From positions 1-17,925 of the forward strand of contig JANOQV010000076.1 in assembly GCA_031414955.1 (NCBI GenBank): a DNA stretch of 17,925 nt, given 5' to 3'. The notes under the pieces were generated by a model, which worked only from the letters and a program-made list of their open reading frames with translations, did not search any database and had not been told where the DNA came from. The DNA is from Pedosphaera sp. Lineage in GTDB: Bacteria; Verrucomicrobiota; Verrucomicrobiia; Limisphaerales; SIBH01. This document shows positions 17,001-17,925 of this stretch, piece after piece. How positions within the stretch are numbered: position 1 is the stretch's first letter; every line of letters starts with the position of its first letter. The translations under genes were made by a program, and so were the position numbers.

Positions 17001-17274
17001 CGCGCTTGTCGGTGCGGAAAAAATAATCAGCACGCTTGCGTCCGCCGCCGATCTGCGTGGCGCTCTCGATCTCCACTTCGCGTTCCTGCTGGATCAGGCC
17101 GGCGCGGTTCTCCATGTCCCAGCCGAGCGCGCGAAAGAAGGGATTGAGGAAATCGTCACGGAGTTGCGCTTCGGCATAGCCGGGCTGCTTGAGTTCGGTG
17201 AGACGTTTGCCAAAGGATTCGACCAGCCGGTTCAGTTCCTTTTCAAAAGATTCAAAGCTGTGGTCGGATGGCAT
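14014..17274 (-). CDS. Type IIG-like (Eco57I/TaqI_C-type) fused restriction endonuclease-N6-adenine methyltransferase with C-terminal specificity region (1086 aa)
   Basis: N-terminal nuclease EAQLRDDFLNPFFRALGWD...EVEIE...RADY...VCEAKKP (D...ExK) and LTDFEE. MTase LGSVYERFLG, motif X RKAGGVYYTP, motif I LDPACGSGSFL, IYGVD, motif IV VIGNPPW. C-terminal LGILQSKL...LPFP and IDALVYELYGLTPEEI. Confidence 0.93.
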   Translation of the reverse strand: MPSDHSFESFEKELNRLVESFGKRLTELKQPGYAEAQLRDDFLNPFFRALGWDMENRAGLIQQEREVEIESATQIGGGRKRADYFFRTDKRGRFVCEAKKPAEELSARYAFQTKRYAWNKPVPLGILTDFEEMKVYVVGSRPYLDEPQVGEWKTWHFRQYPLIARELWDLLARDKVAAGSIDQAIEALPKRPTGKGKARQQWLIKPDRTRALDVEFLKFLDESRRDLASDIYKNNDHTELLDGDKLTEACQRIIDRILFLRICEDRDIDTGRTLQSIVETWRKNTGHEDTGRRAHQQPFDSLHEEPPADYGSSGIRAPKDSLWRAVVRHFRALDRRPPTHVPFFNGNLFKPHFTEGLIIGDEWLAGFIGELSDDESPYLFSEIPVEILGSVYERFLGKVVRPHGRGIVIEEKPEVRKAGGVYYTPRYIVDYIVEQTAGKLLDEIAGGAPSIARHEPALSSAQAEHCSALLPTLKDFEKRTAALRLLDPACGSGSFLIRAFERVCEHWQKRLTASLPPKEQKAERAAWEKKHRPLCWVDAATNDVHLTVALKRQILTQNIYGVDLDAAAVEVTQLSLYLKMLEGENRTTLQRQRELLADETEIALLPPLQDNIKCGNSLIASDFSMMPEDLVRVHAFDWPVQFAPIMKAGGFDAVIGNPPWGAELEVQVRKYLSETFSRVVGRMVDTYIYFTDQALRVIRKEGRVGLVIPATVLNQVDAGPLRKLLLESGVAAVINAGKDVFTTKVLNTTALIVTSGGKQPAQMIVGDLSALPLEDRAAALVQVGFVNSAVWVEQVMADATNTFFANSDARTAMLLRLKKSHSTLGEFTQSGIARGVSPDIAEAHVIPDRDPALRRIERVVLRRSISGKKIKRYGCVVPDQWILYTHKGLTPKNIPNAIARLEEFKSQNTCVEVKEGKHPWWALHRARDPEIFESPKLIGLTTTKTIEIVYDKEDSLVVTDAMYVFKFKSPVDVKAALGILQSKLFLFLYRVSNQGESRVIPQIKAAKLEPLPFPNLAVTDKSRHDKLVVLVDKLLGLMPKLRAATADSEKAVLQNAVTATDQQIDALVYELYGLTPEEIQLVEGHA
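15864..15939. repeat. REP doublet (REPIN-like) lying in frame inside the Type IIG gene
   Basis: 25-bp inverted arms ggaggagcgccgagcaatgctcggc (15864-15888) and gccgagcaatgctcggcgctcctcc (15915-15939), 24/25 complementary, with a 26-bp spacer. Each arm contains its own palindrome gccgagca-a-tgctcggc. Confidence 0.85.
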
Positions 17275-17282
17275 TGGCGGGG

Positions 17283-17311
17283 AGTTTGCCGGAGGTAGGC
17301 TAGTGGGACAA
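17283..17311 (-). promoter_or_regulatory. Putative sigma70-type promoter for the Type IIG gene, implying a nearly leaderless transcript
   Basis: Minus strand reads TTGTCC-N17-CAAACT-N8-ATG. No Shine-Dalgarno sequence precedes ATG 17274. Confidence 0.45.
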
Positions 17312-17333
17312 GCGTGAGGATTCTACCACGCCT

Positions 17334-17925
17334 TCAGCGTGAGGCGCGGGTCGGCGGCGGAATCGGCGCACCTTTCGCGATGGCCGTGAGTTTCGCCAAC
17401 TCCTCCGCGCTCAACGCTCGATTAAACACCGCCACGCCGCCAATCCAGCCCGTGAAGCCGACGCTGCGGCTGCTGTGGATGACGCGGCCGATGGTGAAGG
17501 GGCCGCCGGTGCCGTCGTTCTGCGGCTGGTAGAGGTCGTGGGGATACCACCAGGGATTGAGCCGCAGGCCGACGAGGTCGCGGCTGGCTTCGGTGAGCTG
17601 GCCGTCAGCGCCCTTGCGCAAGACGATCTCGATTCTTGTGTATCGATACTCACGCTGCTCGACACGTTCCCCGTCGGTTTCGCTGAGCACTTTCACCGAG
17701 AGCGGCTTGTCCTCGGGCGGGTTGTAATACTGATCTCTTGGAAAGGCGGCGTCTTCGCCGGGCTGCACGCCCGGGAGCTTCGCGAAATGGCCCTGCATGT
17801 AGGCGTGGTAGGCGGACTTGATGAGTCCGTCGTTCTTTGGGTTGTCGAGCCAGCGGTCGCCGGCATCGCCGTTGAGCCAGCCAGTGAGTTCGTCGCGTTC
17901 GTGATCAAAGGTCATCGCGAAACAC
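17334..17925 (-). CDS. LamG/concanavalin A-like jelly-roll domain protein, C-terminal part (starts beyond the right edge)
   Basis: The frame is open to the window edge (...CFAMTFDHERDELTGWLNG). C-terminal GPFTIGR...FTGWIGGVAVFNRALSAEEL is the LamG-like signature. Confidence 0.75.
   Translation of the reverse strand, partial: CFAMTFDHERDELTGWLNGDAGDRWLDNPKNDGLIKSAYHAYMQGHFAKLPGVQPGEDAAFPRDQYYNPPEDKPLSVKVLSETDGERVEQREYRYTRIEIVLRKGADGQLTEASRDLVGLRLNPWWYPHDLYQPQNDGTGGPFTIGRVIHSSRSVGFTGWIGGVAVFNRALSAEELAKLTAIAKGAPIPPPTRASR

Overview
GC-rich bacterial window. The signal-peptide style (MKHxLxLL...), the multiple secreted sulfatases and the repeat types suggest Verrucomicrobiota/PVC (inference). The backbone is a minus-strand cluster of secreted carbohydrate/sulfate-ester genes: a partial ThuA + F5/8-type C + SGNH multidomain protein, three Cys-type sulfatases (one frameshifted), an FG-GAP/VCBS repeat protein and a partial LamG protein. 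Two DNA-defence loci interrupt it. The first is a tightly coupled plus-strand operon at 2192-7163: an amino-DNA methyltransferase, a MORC/MutL-like GHKL ATPase fused to a soluble histidine kinase, a receiver protein without a DNA-binding domain, and a Zn-HNH endonuclease. This is the best candidate for an uncharacterised, phosphorelay-controlled restriction-like system. The second is a fused Type IIG-like restriction-modification enzyme (14014-17274) with an in-frame palindromic REP-like insertion and a lower-GC specificity region. Rearrangement scars include a ~77%-identical 90-bp direct repeat (1874-1963 and 8740-8830), a 31-codon gene remnant, a truncated Tat-signal gene in frame with a sulfatase, and REP-like hairpins.
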